Source: a virus. Taken from it: a stretch of DNA of 64,000 bases. This document shows positions 28,897-39,115 of this stretch, in pieces (position 1 is the first letter of the stretch; every line of letters starts with the position of its first letter). Location: positions 32,001-96,000 of the IMG/VR virus record IMGVR_UViG_3300027833_000015, one strand, 5' to 3'. The translations under genes and the position numbers were made by a program. The notes below the pieces were generated by a model, which was not told the origin of the DNA, did not search any database, and was given only the letters and a program-made list of their open reading frames with translations.

Positions 28897-30954
28897 TCAG
28901 GACTCAGAAACTTTACAATACAGGGTGTATGTCTCTAGGACTGTTGCTACTGCGGTCAAAGTGTCTCCCGCATACTGCTGGGAATTCTGACCAACGTATT
29001 CTCGAGTATACTGGCCAGCATATGTACCAGAGTACTGCGCTGAGTAGTTTGTAGGTACTGTACTCGGTCTCTGGATCGTAGAGTTTCTCGTATAAGTACC
29101 AGAGAATGTTCGCTGTCCAGTGAACGCTCCCGCATTATTTCGATACCCTGCGTATTGTTCGATGAATGTCCTCGAACCTCCAAACTGTCCGTTAGATCCA
29201 CCTTGTGCTGTTGTACGAGTACCAGCGTAGTTTGCTGCTCCCACATATCTCTCACTGATTAGACGCGACCCTGCATATTGATTGCCGTATGCTCTTTGTC
29301 CACCAAAGGATTGGTACGCAGTGTAATATCTGTTGCCACCGAACCAACGCTGGCCAGCATACTGAACCTGTCTTTGACCAGAAAATTGTCGGGTTCCAGA
29401 AAACGCTGCAAGGCGAACACCACTGAACTGTCGGGTTCCAGTGAACTGAGCGAATTTGGTGTAGTATCTGGGGACACCACCTCCCCAACCACTGCCCTTA
29501 CCGCCACCGCCAAAAGTGGTCGATGAGCGCGATCCAGCAAACTGTGTTTGACCACCGAAACTGCCATTGACAATACGGAGGAACTGGTTGAAGTAATTTC
29601 CGAGTCCAGGAAGGTTTACCCACCTGTTGCCAGCGAAGTTGGTGTTACCTTGTTGTGTTCCAACAAAGTAGTAGTATCCAGTAAAATAGTTGAAGCGTGC
29701 ATTGTTGCGAGTGCCAGCGAAGTATCCCAGATATTGACGCGAACCAGCGAATTGTTGGTATTGAATATTGACGAATGCGCGTGACCCAGAAAAGTTTCTT
29801 GTGCCAACATACTGGGTAGTGTATGTCCTCGAACCTAAATACTGGCCACTGTATGTGCGAGTAGAAACGAACTGAGTCGGTGCACCGTTCTGGTAGTTTG
29901 TTCGACTGCCTGAGAATGATAATAGTCGCTGGCCAGCATACTGCACTGGGACGTCAGCAGATGAAAACCCTGTATATTGACCAGTGTATTGTCCCGTGAA
30001 TTGTTCATTACTATATGATAGAAAAAACACAGAAGAATATTGGATAGATTCCAACACGTTTATTGTGTCTGATATAGTACCACGAGGTTGCCATGTGCCC
30101 GTTTCTCCTGTACTCGCAGGAGTTTGTGTAGAGGGTAATAGAACCATCTTACCGAGGTCGCTGAATACCCGAGCATGTCGGCATGCTTGTGCCATAGACA
30201 ACTCAAGGTTTGCTGATACGTTCTCTTTGATGTCATGTGTTTGATATGATGCATCGTCATCCGAAGGGAGAACAAGCAGGTTCATTTTCGCGGCATTGTA
30301 TGCAGACTGTTCAGCGGTTGTGCCGTCAGTCTTTCTATAGATGTTATATGGAGTTGATGTTGAAGCAGTCGTATCAGAGAAGGCAGAATTATTCCACACT
30401 TCCCATGATCCACCCTGCATAGCAGAGGGATTGGTGGTGCCTATACGAAACGAACCCACACTCTCTGTTGACAATGAATACTGCAACAGTCTCTTACCAA
30501 ACATTATAGTATAATCAGAGTCCATTTCACGGATGTCACCGTCAGAATCGACAGCAACTAATCTGCTGGCGAGCGATCCCGATTGTGTCGGGTAATCGAT
30601 ATGACTCAAACTATCACGGGCAGAACTATCATAACACTGGAATAGTGGAGTGGTGGTAGTTGAACTGCTCAGAGAAGTTCCTGGGTGTGTGCCAACTGCC
30701 TGATTGTAGAATGTGTCCGTGTACGAACCAATCTGAATCATGTCCGAATCCGCTACACGTGTCGCATAACGATCAATGGAACCATGATAGTTTCTGGCGT
30801 CATCATCAACCGTGCCAAGGTTACTGGCAGGATGATTATCTACAATATATTTCTCTGCGAAGATTGAGAGAGATTCTTCTTCTGCTGCTGTCAATGAGCG
30901 CAGGTCTGCGCCCGTACCCTTCAGCGTCAGAGGTATTGATTTCGAATGTGCCAT
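28897..30954 (-). CDS. [FY]xGxR-repeat protein A, 685 aa; probable virion fibre component
   Basis: N-domain homologous to protein B (PLTLK, IGSYTDTFY, GTWQPRGTISD), about 360 aa repeat region, C-terminal ETYTLY. Confidence 0.8.
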   Translation of the reverse strand: MAHSKSIPLTLKGTGADLRSLTAAEEESLSIFAEKYIVDNHPASNLGTVDDDARNYHGSIDRYATRVADSDMIQIGSYTDTFYNQAVGTHPGTSLSSSTTTTPLFQCYDSSARDSLSHIDYPTQSGSLASRLVAVDSDGDIREMDSDYTIMFGKRLLQYSLSTESVGSFRIGTTNPSAMQGGSWEVWNNSAFSDTTASTSTPYNIYRKTDGTTAEQSAYNAAKMNLLVLPSDDDASYQTHDIKENVSANLELSMAQACRHARVFSDLGKMVLLPSTQTPASTGETGTWQPRGTISDTINVLESIQYSSVFFLSYSNEQFTGQYTGQYTGFSSADVPVQYAGQRLLSFSGSRTNYQNGAPTQFVSTRTYSGQYLGSRTYTTQYVGTRNFSGSRAFVNIQYQQFAGSRQYLGYFAGTRNNARFNYFTGYYYFVGTQQGNTNFAGNRWVNLPGLGNYFNQFLRIVNGSFGGQTQFAGSRSSTTFGGGGKGSGWGGGVPRYYTKFAQFTGTRQFSGVRLAAFSGTRQFSGQRQVQYAGQRWFGGNRYYTAYQSFGGQRAYGNQYAGSRLISERYVGAANYAGTRTTAQGGSNGQFGGSRTFIEQYAGYRNNAGAFTGQRTFSGTYTRNSTIQRPSTVPTNYSAQYSGTYAGQYTREYVGQNSQQYAGDTLTAVATVLETYTLYCKVSES

Positions 30955-30968
30955 GTACTAACCTCTGA

Positions 30969-31628
30969 TTATGGATTCAACAGAGTGCCAGCAGCGTTGT
31001 AGACATTGGGGATACGAGCATTCACCTCGTCTATTGCGCCATGCACTGTGTTGGCAGATATCTCACTACTACTTATACTACCTGTACCAGTGGTTGGCAG
31101 GGTGATTGAACCATAGAACTGCGAGTTGGCGTTGGTGAATCTGAGGGCATTCGTATTACTTGCGCCTGATTTAATTCTCAATTGCCCTGACGCTTGGGAG
31201 AGTTGTGCAAAGTTGACCCCACCATCTCTTAGTACAATGTCACCGCCATTAGCATCAAGGACGATATCATTTGGAGTGATAATAGAGAACGTGCTGGTTG
31301 CAGTAATATTGTTATCGCTGGCATCAAACACTGCTTCTATTTCGTTTATTGCAGCAACCAAGTTCGACTTGTCAGTGGTGTCCAGAGTAGAGATAACTCC
31401 AATCTCTATATCATGTTCGTTGATTGCATCTATAAGACTCTTGGCGGTTGTGGTGATTCCTGTGAGAGAGAATACAGAACTTCCTGGAAGTGGACCAAAT
31501 GCTGAGTCGAGATATGCCAAGTCAGAATCGAGTTGGGTGCGACCAAGGTTAAGTTTGTCGACCAACTGTTGGAATGTGTCTGTGGTCTGATATATCGGTT
31601 GGTCTTTTGGTTGCCATTCAATGGTCAT
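30969..31628 (-). CDS. Short fibre / connector protein, 219 aa
   Basis: TDTFQQLVDKLN N-terminus, SLIDAINE and NLVAAINE coiled repeats, DIVLDANGGDIVLRDGG, C-terminal VYNAAGTLLN. Confidence 0.75.
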   Translation of the reverse strand: MTIEWQPKDQPIYQTTDTFQQLVDKLNLGRTQLDSDLAYLDSAFGPLPGSSVFSLTGITTTAKSLIDAINEHDIEIGVISTLDTTDKSNLVAAINEIEAVFDASDNNITATSTFSIITPNDIVLDANGGDIVLRDGGVNFAQLSQASGQLRIKSGASNTNALRFTNANSQFYGSITLPTTGTGSISSSEISANTVHGAIDEVNARIPNVYNAAGTLLNP

Positions 31629-31629
31629 C

Positions 31630-31860
31630 TTATTTTCCTTCTACCAGAGTTTGTATTAGTGCTTTGAGTTCTGCCATCTCATCCTTCAGGGAAGAGATCT
31701 CGGTCTTCATATTATCTTTTGTTTCTCGTTCTTGTATTGAAAACTCCTTGCGCTTTCGTGCAAGGAGTATATCATCTTCGTTAGTATTTATAACGGTTCC
31801 TGTCTCTATATTCTTATACCAACCAGACATACCCTTTACTTTGACAAGGTTCGCTTCCAT
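31630..31860 (-). CDS. Small coiled-coil protein following the VrlC-like gene
   Basis: MEANLVKVKGMSGWYKNIETGTVIN...; TAATG coupling gives the start at 31860. Confidence 0.75.
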   Translation of the reverse strand: MEANLVKVKGMSGWYKNIETGTVINTNEDDILLARKRKEFSIQERETKDNMKTEISSLKDEMAELKALIQTLVEGK

Positions 31861-34800
31861 TACGTGAGAGCAATGGAGCGAATAGACTGCAATATGGGTG
31901 CCTGACAATTGTTGGATGTCTTCATAACAACCTTCAACTGAAACGATACAAAGGAGGGCAGGTCGCCATCTTCGCCACCAATGAGGTACTTGTACTCAGA
32001 GTACTGCTGTTCCTCTTCATTATTGACCCATGTGTTCTTCAAAGGGAAGTTTTGACTATTCATCTGTGTCCAAGATTTATTATACAGATCCTCATCACTT
32101 GTAACACCAGTACGATAGTACAGAGTGATGCTCGCCAATGGAGGCACATACGCATCAATGAATACACGTACACCGCCAGAACCCTGACCCAGTTGAACAG
32201 TCTTGGTTATGTGCTTCGAAGGACTCGAACCAGATAAAGAGGCAGTCTCAGAGACCCAATCAGCAGGTTTGTTACGGACACCAGGATAGGCAACCTCACT
32301 ATCTGAATCAACCTGATTGTCGATAACATTATCTATGAGCAGCATGCTGAGATTCTGTGCGTCGATTATAGGAGTTATATCAGAAACATACCCAAACTCC
32401 TTGGCAATGGAACCTGTTAATCCACCGAAGTTCGAACGTTGGAGAGACGACAAGTTTGCTCCTACAACAACCGATGCCGTGTTGCCGCCCAGTGGGAACA
32501 ATTTCTTCAGTACTTGGTCGTCGTTGCCAAGGTATCTTGGTTTGTTGAAGTAGTGCGTAACCTGATTACCAAGCGGTGTATTAACATTGTCGATGTCAAA
32601 CCGTGGGTCGCCACCTGCTTCACCAGTGTTACTGACCTCTGCGTGACTCATACCAGTTACGAAAGATCCTTGATAAGATATTTTCGTAGCATCGAAGAGT
32701 TCGTCTGCGAAGTCCACCGTTGCTTCACTGAAAGACATTGCTCGGTTTGTTTCTATGACTGATGCACCGAACCCACCTTTGCTTGTAAATAGAGCACTAG
32801 AATTCGCGCCAAGTGGGTCTGCTAAGTCCACATAATACCCTTGTGTGTCTGGGTCTGTGACTCTGTTTTGTGGATGTTGTATCACATTATCAGCAACGCC
32901 TCTGTAAATTCCTGCTGGAAGGTTTTCCATACCCACGGAGTCACCAGTACCCAGACCATGATTCGCATGATGAACCCTATAGCGTGAATTCGACAGATTA
33001 TCTACAGTCAATGATCTGGCACGGTTGTGCAAGAATTTTTCCGCGTTTTGACTATAGAAGTTCGCTGAACCTGCTGGTTTGAACTTTGCAGTATAGATAC
33101 GATATGCCATATCCTGATTCTGCTTTGGAGTCCATGTAGAACCATTCTGCGACAAGAACAACGAACCAGTGGCAGGTTGTTTGCTTACTCGCTTGGTGGT
33201 TGAACCCAATACTTCATCGTATGTTGACGCAACATATGCTTCATACTCGTCACAATCAGAGAGGAGGACGATAGCATATTCTTCACCGTTTCTGATGAAT
33301 ACAGGTTCTTCTAATTCGAATGTTACAGGGCGTGCCAATACGCTTGACAAGTTGTTTTTGTTCATACCGCTTATCGCTTGTCGCACAGAAGAAGCAGATT
33401 TATATACTCTGTGTTGGTTGCTGATCGAGTCACGTTCTGGAACACCAGAAGTAGTGCCCCTTATCTGAAGTTGGATAGCAGTGTTCTCGAACTGACTGCC
33501 TACTGCTGGAGCACTACGCAGGAAGACGTCAACCTTGGTAATGAATACACCAGGAACATCGTTTGCAGCAGCGAGAGCGAAGGTCTGTGCCAGAGGGTCG
33601 CAGTATTGATAATATCCTGTAACATTAACTACAGGATCTCCAACTGGTTGCGGGTTGCTGCTGGCATAGTATGCGTCCGAGTATGTAAGAGTTCGGGTCG
33701 AATGCATCTGGTTCTGTCTTACCTTTCGTGTACCATTTGCATCATAAAAAGACCGTGCAGTGCTTAGTGGTTTTGCGTTGTCGTTATCGACAGAAATATC
33801 AAGGAGTTTCACCTCGGTTTGTTTTGCCGCAAATTTCCACCCGATGGCATCATATGTTGCTGCGCTCTTCCCACCATAGGTAAGTGCCGCATTCTTTTGC
33901 GCCCTCTGCCAGTTTCGCCATTCATTTTCAGATGAAAACCGAGTAGAAAGAGGTACAGAAATGCTTGATGTATTCGGAATCCACATCTCGAAATACAACT
34001 CTCCATTCAGGTCACTCACCAAACGTTGTGCAGATGCACTTGTTGTTGGGTGGCCAGTAAGGTTAACATTGGTTGATGGCAGTGGCAGATTTTGAACTCC
34101 TGCTGCTTTATCATTTAACCAATCTGCCTTGGTGCGTGTCTTGATCCACTGCGACATTGGCGTGCCATCAAAGAACATGTAGTATCGGTGATTGGAGCGC
34201 AAACCTTTTGCATGACAGAACACACGCTTCTGGCGCATCCAAGGCATGGACATCGAAAGAACTATCTTATCCTGTCTCCTTGTCACGACGGTGGAATCAC
34301 CGACCTTACGGGTTGTGACACTCTGTCGCTGCGATGAATATTGTTTCGAAGTGATTGTGATAACAGGGCGTCTACGTCGACCAGACTTGGGGTCGATTGC
34401 CCAATTGCCATAATATCTCTTGGACGATGTTCTGCTGTATGTTACGTTCCTTGGATAAAGAGTTTGTCCACTCTTACGGGTGATTGTTGACGCTGATACA
34501 ATCTTGTCTGGTAATCGAGTTGTGTCACTCCAGTTATCAACTGCTGGGTGTAACGCTAATATACCCTCACCCGTGAAGACATTGAATGGGTTTACATTAT
34601 AGTATCCAAATTCTTCATAGGCACTTCCTGGACCACGCCAAGAAATAACTTCCTGTTTCATGCTGGGGTCAAGAACCTCGAAGTAATCCAACATAACCAA
34701 TTCGCCCTTTTGAACCACATTTGCATTCAAGACAGGTCGTCTGGAGGCAGGCAAGAAGTTTGTCTTCTCATACTCAAACCCAACATGTTCAACATTAAAC

Positions 34801-37553
34801 TTGCTATTCAATGTATGCAGGTCTTCGTTCATAGAAGATGTTGCAAATGACTCATCATCAATGAATGCGTTTTGCACAGAGGTTGCAGTAAATGCGTACC
34901 CTTGAGAGAAGTCCTCAATAAAGAATCCAGTCTTTGAGCGTATCGCACCTTCAGAAGTCACCTCTACAAGATTACTTGCTTCTGCTTCCATTGCAGTGAG
35001 GGTGACTGTCTCTTCGAGGTTAGAAAGTCTATCTTCGAGTTCAGCAACGTCGGACATCTTATATCCGCGATACTTCCGACGGTTGAACCTAACGTCATTC
35101 TGATCCTTGACGTTTCCTGGAAGGAGCACATCAAACAATACCATCTGCTTATCGTATTCAGTTGGAGGAACCGCTTGTTGTCCTTCTTCACCCTTGTTGA
35201 CAACAATAATAGGTTTGAAGTCTTCGCCATATGTTAAGGCGATATGGTCGAGGCGCATGTTATAGAAAACCACATCATACACAATACCATCACCATCGCG
35301 TGGCATATCAAAGCGATCAGTTGCGCCCATATTGTTTGCGTTTGGGTCTAACTTTGGTCGAAAGTCGATGTAATCATGCATCTCATATTCTTCTCCGCTG
35401 ATGGGAGATTTGTATGTCGGGATATCACCGTAGTCGAACAAAGGCAGGGTTGGTGTTGCAGTAGTTCGAAGTGCGTATGAATTAACAGAGAAGTAGTCAC
35501 CTGTTGTTCCGTGATCAAAATACCCAACCTTACATGTTAGTGTTGTCACCGCATCACCAATTCCGTCTGGGGTCAATTGTATTGGACCATAGAAGTTGTC
35601 GCGCTGACCGCCATCAAAGATAACCTCTTCGAGATAATCTATAGTGCCATCAAGTGCTTCTAAGAGTTCAACACCATCATAGAGGTCGGTGAACTTAAAG
35701 ACGTCACCAGCAGGGTCACCAGCAGATGTTCTTGTTGCAGTAAAAGTTTCTGTCTTATAAACCTTTGTTCTGTGAGCAGGGGCAGACTTGGTTACATAGA
35801 AATAAACGTGACATACATCCCCAGCGGTGCCAGTTGTCGTAATTGTCGCTTGGTTGTTGACGATGATGATATTGCCACTAGGAACTCGATCGACTTTGTC
35901 CTGAGTGGTGTTTATAATTATCCACTCGCCTTTATCAACGAGGTCTTCATTCGCGCCACAGGAGACAACGATCTTGAGGTTTGCTGCTACGGTATCTGTA
36001 TCGAAGCGTTGAACCGTTATTGCAGTCGGAAGCATAGAACTCACACGACCTCCAGGAACCTCAAAAAGAGAGATACTGGTTGACGGGTCTTTGATATACA
36101 ACTGATTATCTTCAAGACCGACCACTGCACCTGGAGTCGATGCGCCAGTGCTATTGATCTTTCGAACATCTCTAAAGTTGTTAGAACCGATCATCTTCGT
36201 ATCGTACAGGTACATGCGATATGCGTCACTGTCTTCAGTGTTACGGGAAACAAGCGACTTCAACCGAGTGTTACCGATAACAGAACCACCTGAATTCAGG
36301 AGAGATAATTTCTCCTGCTGATTGAGCGTTGTGGTGAATGAACCCAGTGAGGTGTCACCAGCAGCATCGGTCGGAGCATCGAAAGTGACATAGTTTTTAT
36401 ACCCAACCTGCATGCCTTGATCGATCTCTGCTTTGGTCGATAATGGTTTTGGTGCAGAGAAACTAGACCACTGGGTGTGCTCAAGATAATAACCATCAAG
36501 GTATGCGAGAGGTGGAGTACCAAACATTGCCCCAGGAATATTATAGAGTATCTTCTCTGCGGAGTCAGCGTTACGGAATTGAACAACAAAGTCGTTGACA
36601 ATGAAATCACCGTGGGTGGCACTATGCCTTTGCGCCATGCGCTTTTCGATCATATTATAGTCTTGGTTGCCTTCTTTGATCTGTACGATCTTTGAAGAAC
36701 GAACTGTGGCAAACGTCACAAAAGAAGTGTCGTCAGCGACGGTGGCACGAGTGTTCAGTATCATGCTTATACGATATCGGTCTGCTCCTGGAGCAGAAAG
36801 GTTTGGTCGAGAACCTTGGTTGTCGTATAACCTAACATCATCAGAAACAGTTACGATATCTTGCACTACTTCAAAACCAACCTCACAATCAACAAGACCT
36901 TCGTACTTGCTGATTACAGCAGTTTGTTTAGGGACATATACGAAGTGACCTTGTGTATAGAACTCTGCGCTCTGCAATGAGAAGAGGACACCAAGACCGA
37001 CAGACAGCAATTCGGATTCTGCTGGTTGTGTGTATACAGTCAATGTTGGCATTCCACTGCCACCGATAGCAGTAAGAGTATCACCTTCGAGGGCAACCAG
37101 AGGAGATGCTTGAACGTCATTGGATGTCGCATTCGTTTGGTTGTATGATATATAACGACCGTACAGAGTTGCTTGATCATCACCTGTGGCGTCGACAACC
37201 CATGTTACTTGAAACTGAAGACCGAGGGTGCCGCTTTGCGGTGGAGTTTGGAATGCTGTGCCGATAAAACTTTCGACAGTTATACCAGCAGAGAGGTTCA
37301 AACTTTCTACAATGATGTAGTCGGAGATGTCCGTACTGGCACCAGATGACTTCGGGGATACAGCAGCACCATCCATGAAGATGTTGTCTGCCATACGAGT
37401 GACCTGTTTTTGCAGAATAGTCTGCAACTGGTTCAACTCTCGTCCTTGAAGTGCACGCCCAGAATTAAATAAGACTTTGTGATAACCATCGCTATCCCTG
37501 TAGTCGTCTTTATATGTTCCTGAGAATGTTGTTCCTGTAAACTGGTTTGCCAT
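31860..37553 (-). CDS. Large baseplate/virion structural protein (VrlC / DUF4815-like), 1897 aa
   Basis: YKDDY...YHKVLFNSGRALQGRELNQLQTILQ, APGADRY, NVNPFNVF, DPLAQTF, GSLFLSQNGSTW; follows gp8. Confidence 0.88.
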   Translation of the reverse strand: MANQFTGTTFSGTYKDDYRDSDGYHKVLFNSGRALQGRELNQLQTILQKQVTRMADNIFMDGAAVSPKSSGASTDISDYIIVESLNLSAGITVESFIGTAFQTPPQSGTLGLQFQVTWVVDATGDDQATLYGRYISYNQTNATSNDVQASPLVALEGDTLTAIGGSGMPTLTVYTQPAESELLSVGLGVLFSLQSAEFYTQGHFVYVPKQTAVISKYEGLVDCEVGFEVVQDIVTVSDDVRLYDNQGSRPNLSAPGADRYRISMILNTRATVADDTSFVTFATVRSSKIVQIKEGNQDYNMIEKRMAQRHSATHGDFIVNDFVVQFRNADSAEKILYNIPGAMFGTPPLAYLDGYYLEHTQWSSFSAPKPLSTKAEIDQGMQVGYKNYVTFDAPTDAAGDTSLGSFTTTLNQQEKLSLLNSGGSVIGNTRLKSLVSRNTEDSDAYRMYLYDTKMIGSNNFRDVRKINSTGASTPGAVVGLEDNQLYIKDPSTSISLFEVPGGRVSSMLPTAITVQRFDTDTVAANLKIVVSCGANEDLVDKGEWIIINTTQDKVDRVPSGNIIIVNNQATITTTGTAGDVCHVYFYVTKSAPAHRTKVYKTETFTATRTSAGDPAGDVFKFTDLYDGVELLEALDGTIDYLEEVIFDGGQRDNFYGPIQLTPDGIGDAVTTLTCKVGYFDHGTTGDYFSVNSYALRTTATPTLPLFDYGDIPTYKSPISGEEYEMHDYIDFRPKLDPNANNMGATDRFDMPRDGDGIVYDVVFYNMRLDHIALTYGEDFKPIIVVNKGEEGQQAVPPTEYDKQMVLFDVLLPGNVKDQNDVRFNRRKYRGYKMSDVAELEDRLSNLEETVTLTAMEAEASNLVEVTSEGAIRSKTGFFIEDFSQGYAFTATSVQNAFIDDESFATSSMNEDLHTLNSKFNVEHVGFEYEKTNFLPASRRPVLNANVVQKGELVMLDYFEVLDPSMKQEVISWRGPGSAYEEFGYYNVNPFNVFTGEGILALHPAVDNWSDTTRLPDKIVSASTITRKSGQTLYPRNVTYSRTSSKRYYGNWAIDPKSGRRRRPVITITSKQYSSQRQSVTTRKVGDSTVVTRRQDKIVLSMSMPWMRQKRVFCHAKGLRSNHRYYMFFDGTPMSQWIKTRTKADWLNDKAAGVQNLPLPSTNVNLTGHPTTSASAQRLVSDLNGELYFEMWIPNTSSISVPLSTRFSSENEWRNWQRAQKNAALTYGGKSAATYDAIGWKFAAKQTEVKLLDISVDNDNAKPLSTARSFYDANGTRKVRQNQMHSTRTLTYSDAYYASSNPQPVGDPVVNVTGYYQYCDPLAQTFALAAANDVPGVFITKVDVFLRSAPAVGSQFENTAIQLQIRGTTSGVPERDSISNQHRVYKSASSVRQAISGMNKNNLSSVLARPVTFELEEPVFIRNGEEYAIVLLSDCDEYEAYVASTYDEVLGSTTKRVSKQPATGSLFLSQNGSTWTPKQNQDMAYRIYTAKFKPAGSANFYSQNAEKFLHNRARSLTVDNLSNSRYRVHHANHGLGTGDSVGMENLPAGIYRGVADNVIQHPQNRVTDPDTQGYYVDLADPLGANSSALFTSKGGFGASVIETNRAMSFSEATVDFADELFDATKISYQGSFVTGMSHAEVSNTGEAGGDPRFDIDNVNTPLGNQVTHYFNKPRYLGNDDQVLKKLFPLGGNTASVVVGANLSSLQRSNFGGLTGSIAKEFGYVSDITPIIDAQNLSMLLIDNVIDNQVDSDSEVAYPGVRNKPADWVSETASLSGSSPSKHITKTVQLGQGSGGVRVFIDAYVPPLASITLYYRTGVTSDEDLYNKSWTQMNSQNFPLKNTWVNNEEEQQYSEYKYLIGGEDGDLPSFVSFQLKVVMKTSNNCQAPILQSIRSIALT

Positions 37554-37566
37554 TTCTTACTTTCCT

Positions 37567-39063
37567 TTAGAGGTCAATTACTACCTTGATATCTTCTATT
37601 TGATCAGCGTCACGAGAAACTGCTATTCTGTTATCTATGTATATAACTTCTCCGCTGTATACATCAACCTCTGATGGACGAAGAACTGGTTGAAGGTTGA
37701 TACCGATTGGTGTTGCTGTACCGCCACCACCGCTGATCTGACATACTGAATAACTATCAAAGGCAGAGTAACCAGTTTCTCTTGTTTGGTGTACGAACAT
37801 TATTCCGCGAGCAGCATCGTAGAAGTCTATGATTGCTACAGAACCTGCTTGTGTGATCGTTTGATCGCCTGTGATGTTTTCAGGTACTAGACTTGCTGTG
37901 TTTACATACAACCTCTTGAAAGCAGACAGAGTTGGTGCCGTACACTCAGGGACTTCAACAAATGAAGCAAACTGAGCAGAGTCTTTCACTGGGTTGCGGA
38001 CGATTCCGATTTGTCGGAAGTCATTAGTTGTTTGGAAGTCGTCGTTCTCGTTTCCATTCAACTGCGAATTAAACATCATGGCAGAAGAATGAAGATCAAG
38101 TGTACTGTTGCCGCCCATGCCCGAGTCACCAGAAATAAGAGCGCGAAGTATTGCACCAGATCCAGAACCACCAGAGACCTTAATGGAAGCATCAGCATAG
38201 TCTCGACCGAATACGAAATCGGCATCGTCAGAGTTATTCTTCATGAAGATGTCGGTTATCCCGCCATTAAAAATCTTCGCAGAAGCAGTTGCAGGAGTGG
38301 GGACTTGGCCAAATCCCTGTCGTGCGCGACCAGTTATAGTGATGGTCGGAGCACTGGTATAACCAGTTCCAGGGTTTTCAATATGAATGCCAATGAGTTG
38401 TCCAGGGATTGCTCCTGCCTGTATACCACGTTGTTGTAGTCTAGACACAGAAAGATCCTCATCCGCTGGACCACCTGCTGCTTCATCGACAACTCGCTCG
38501 ACTGGCATGTAGGTTGATGTCAGGAACTTTCGTGCTTCAGCGGCACCGATGTTGTATAGGAACTTCCAGTAGTATCCGTCTTGTCCAGCACTGAATACTT
38601 CTGTGCTATTATTGGTTGGTTTAAATAAAGATGCGCGAGGAGTTCCACCAACAGTCCTGCCTTGTTTAATGCAAACATACACGTTGTTATCGTCTGTTAG
38701 TACATAATATGGGTTTGGGGCAAATGCGCCACTGGCAGTTGTGCCACTTTTAATTTCGGTATTTGAACCATACTCTGATGACCATCCTTCATAGAAGTTG
38801 CCAGCAATCCAAGAGAAACGAGGAACAACGTATGAGACGTCAGGCACCTGTTTCATTGATTGGATAGATGAGCGGAACACCAAACTCTCCTCAGTTCCAG
38901 AGTATGGAGTAGGTGGGAGGGATTCTTCATTCCATTCCTCAGAACGCCCAATAGCAATGTAGTGTCTGTCAGAATCCCCAAGAGCGACGCCAACGTTCTG
39001 TGTGCGGTCGAATATACTTACCAGCATTTCGCGTTTGAGTACATCTGTAATTGTTGCTGCCAT
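37567..39063 (-). CDS. gp8: Baseplate wedge gp8
   Basis: YIAIGRSEEW, VSYVVPR, YYVLTDDNNVYVCI, DGYYWKFLY, NDFRQIGIVRNP, SGEVIYIDNR...QIEDIKVVI. Confidence 0.9.
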   Translation of the reverse strand: MAATITDVLKREMLVSIFDRTQNVGVALGDSDRHYIAIGRSEEWNEESLPPTPYSGTEESLVFRSSIQSMKQVPDVSYVVPRFSWIAGNFYEGWSSEYGSNTEIKSGTTASGAFAPNPYYVLTDDNNVYVCIKQGRTVGGTPRASLFKPTNNSTEVFSAGQDGYYWKFLYNIGAAEARKFLTSTYMPVERVVDEAAGGPADEDLSVSRLQQRGIQAGAIPGQLIGIHIENPGTGYTSAPTITITGRARQGFGQVPTPATASAKIFNGGITDIFMKNNSDDADFVFGRDYADASIKVSGGSGSGAILRALISGDSGMGGNSTLDLHSSAMMFNSQLNGNENDDFQTTNDFRQIGIVRNPVKDSAQFASFVEVPECTAPTLSAFKRLYVNTASLVPENITGDQTITQAGSVAIIDFYDAARGIMFVHQTRETGYSAFDSYSVCQISGGGGTATPIGINLQPVLRPSEVDVYSGEVIYIDNRIAVSRDADQIEDIKVVIDL

Positions 39064-39115
39064 ACTTTGTCCCTTTACAACTTGCCTTGTTGTTTACAAT
39101 TGTTTAATATAGATC

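Noticed and set aside
27770-29645. Shared patch as a diversity-generating retroelement TR/VR pair
   Set aside because: Too short, differences are not adenine-specific, both copies are coding, and no reverse transcriptase is in the window.
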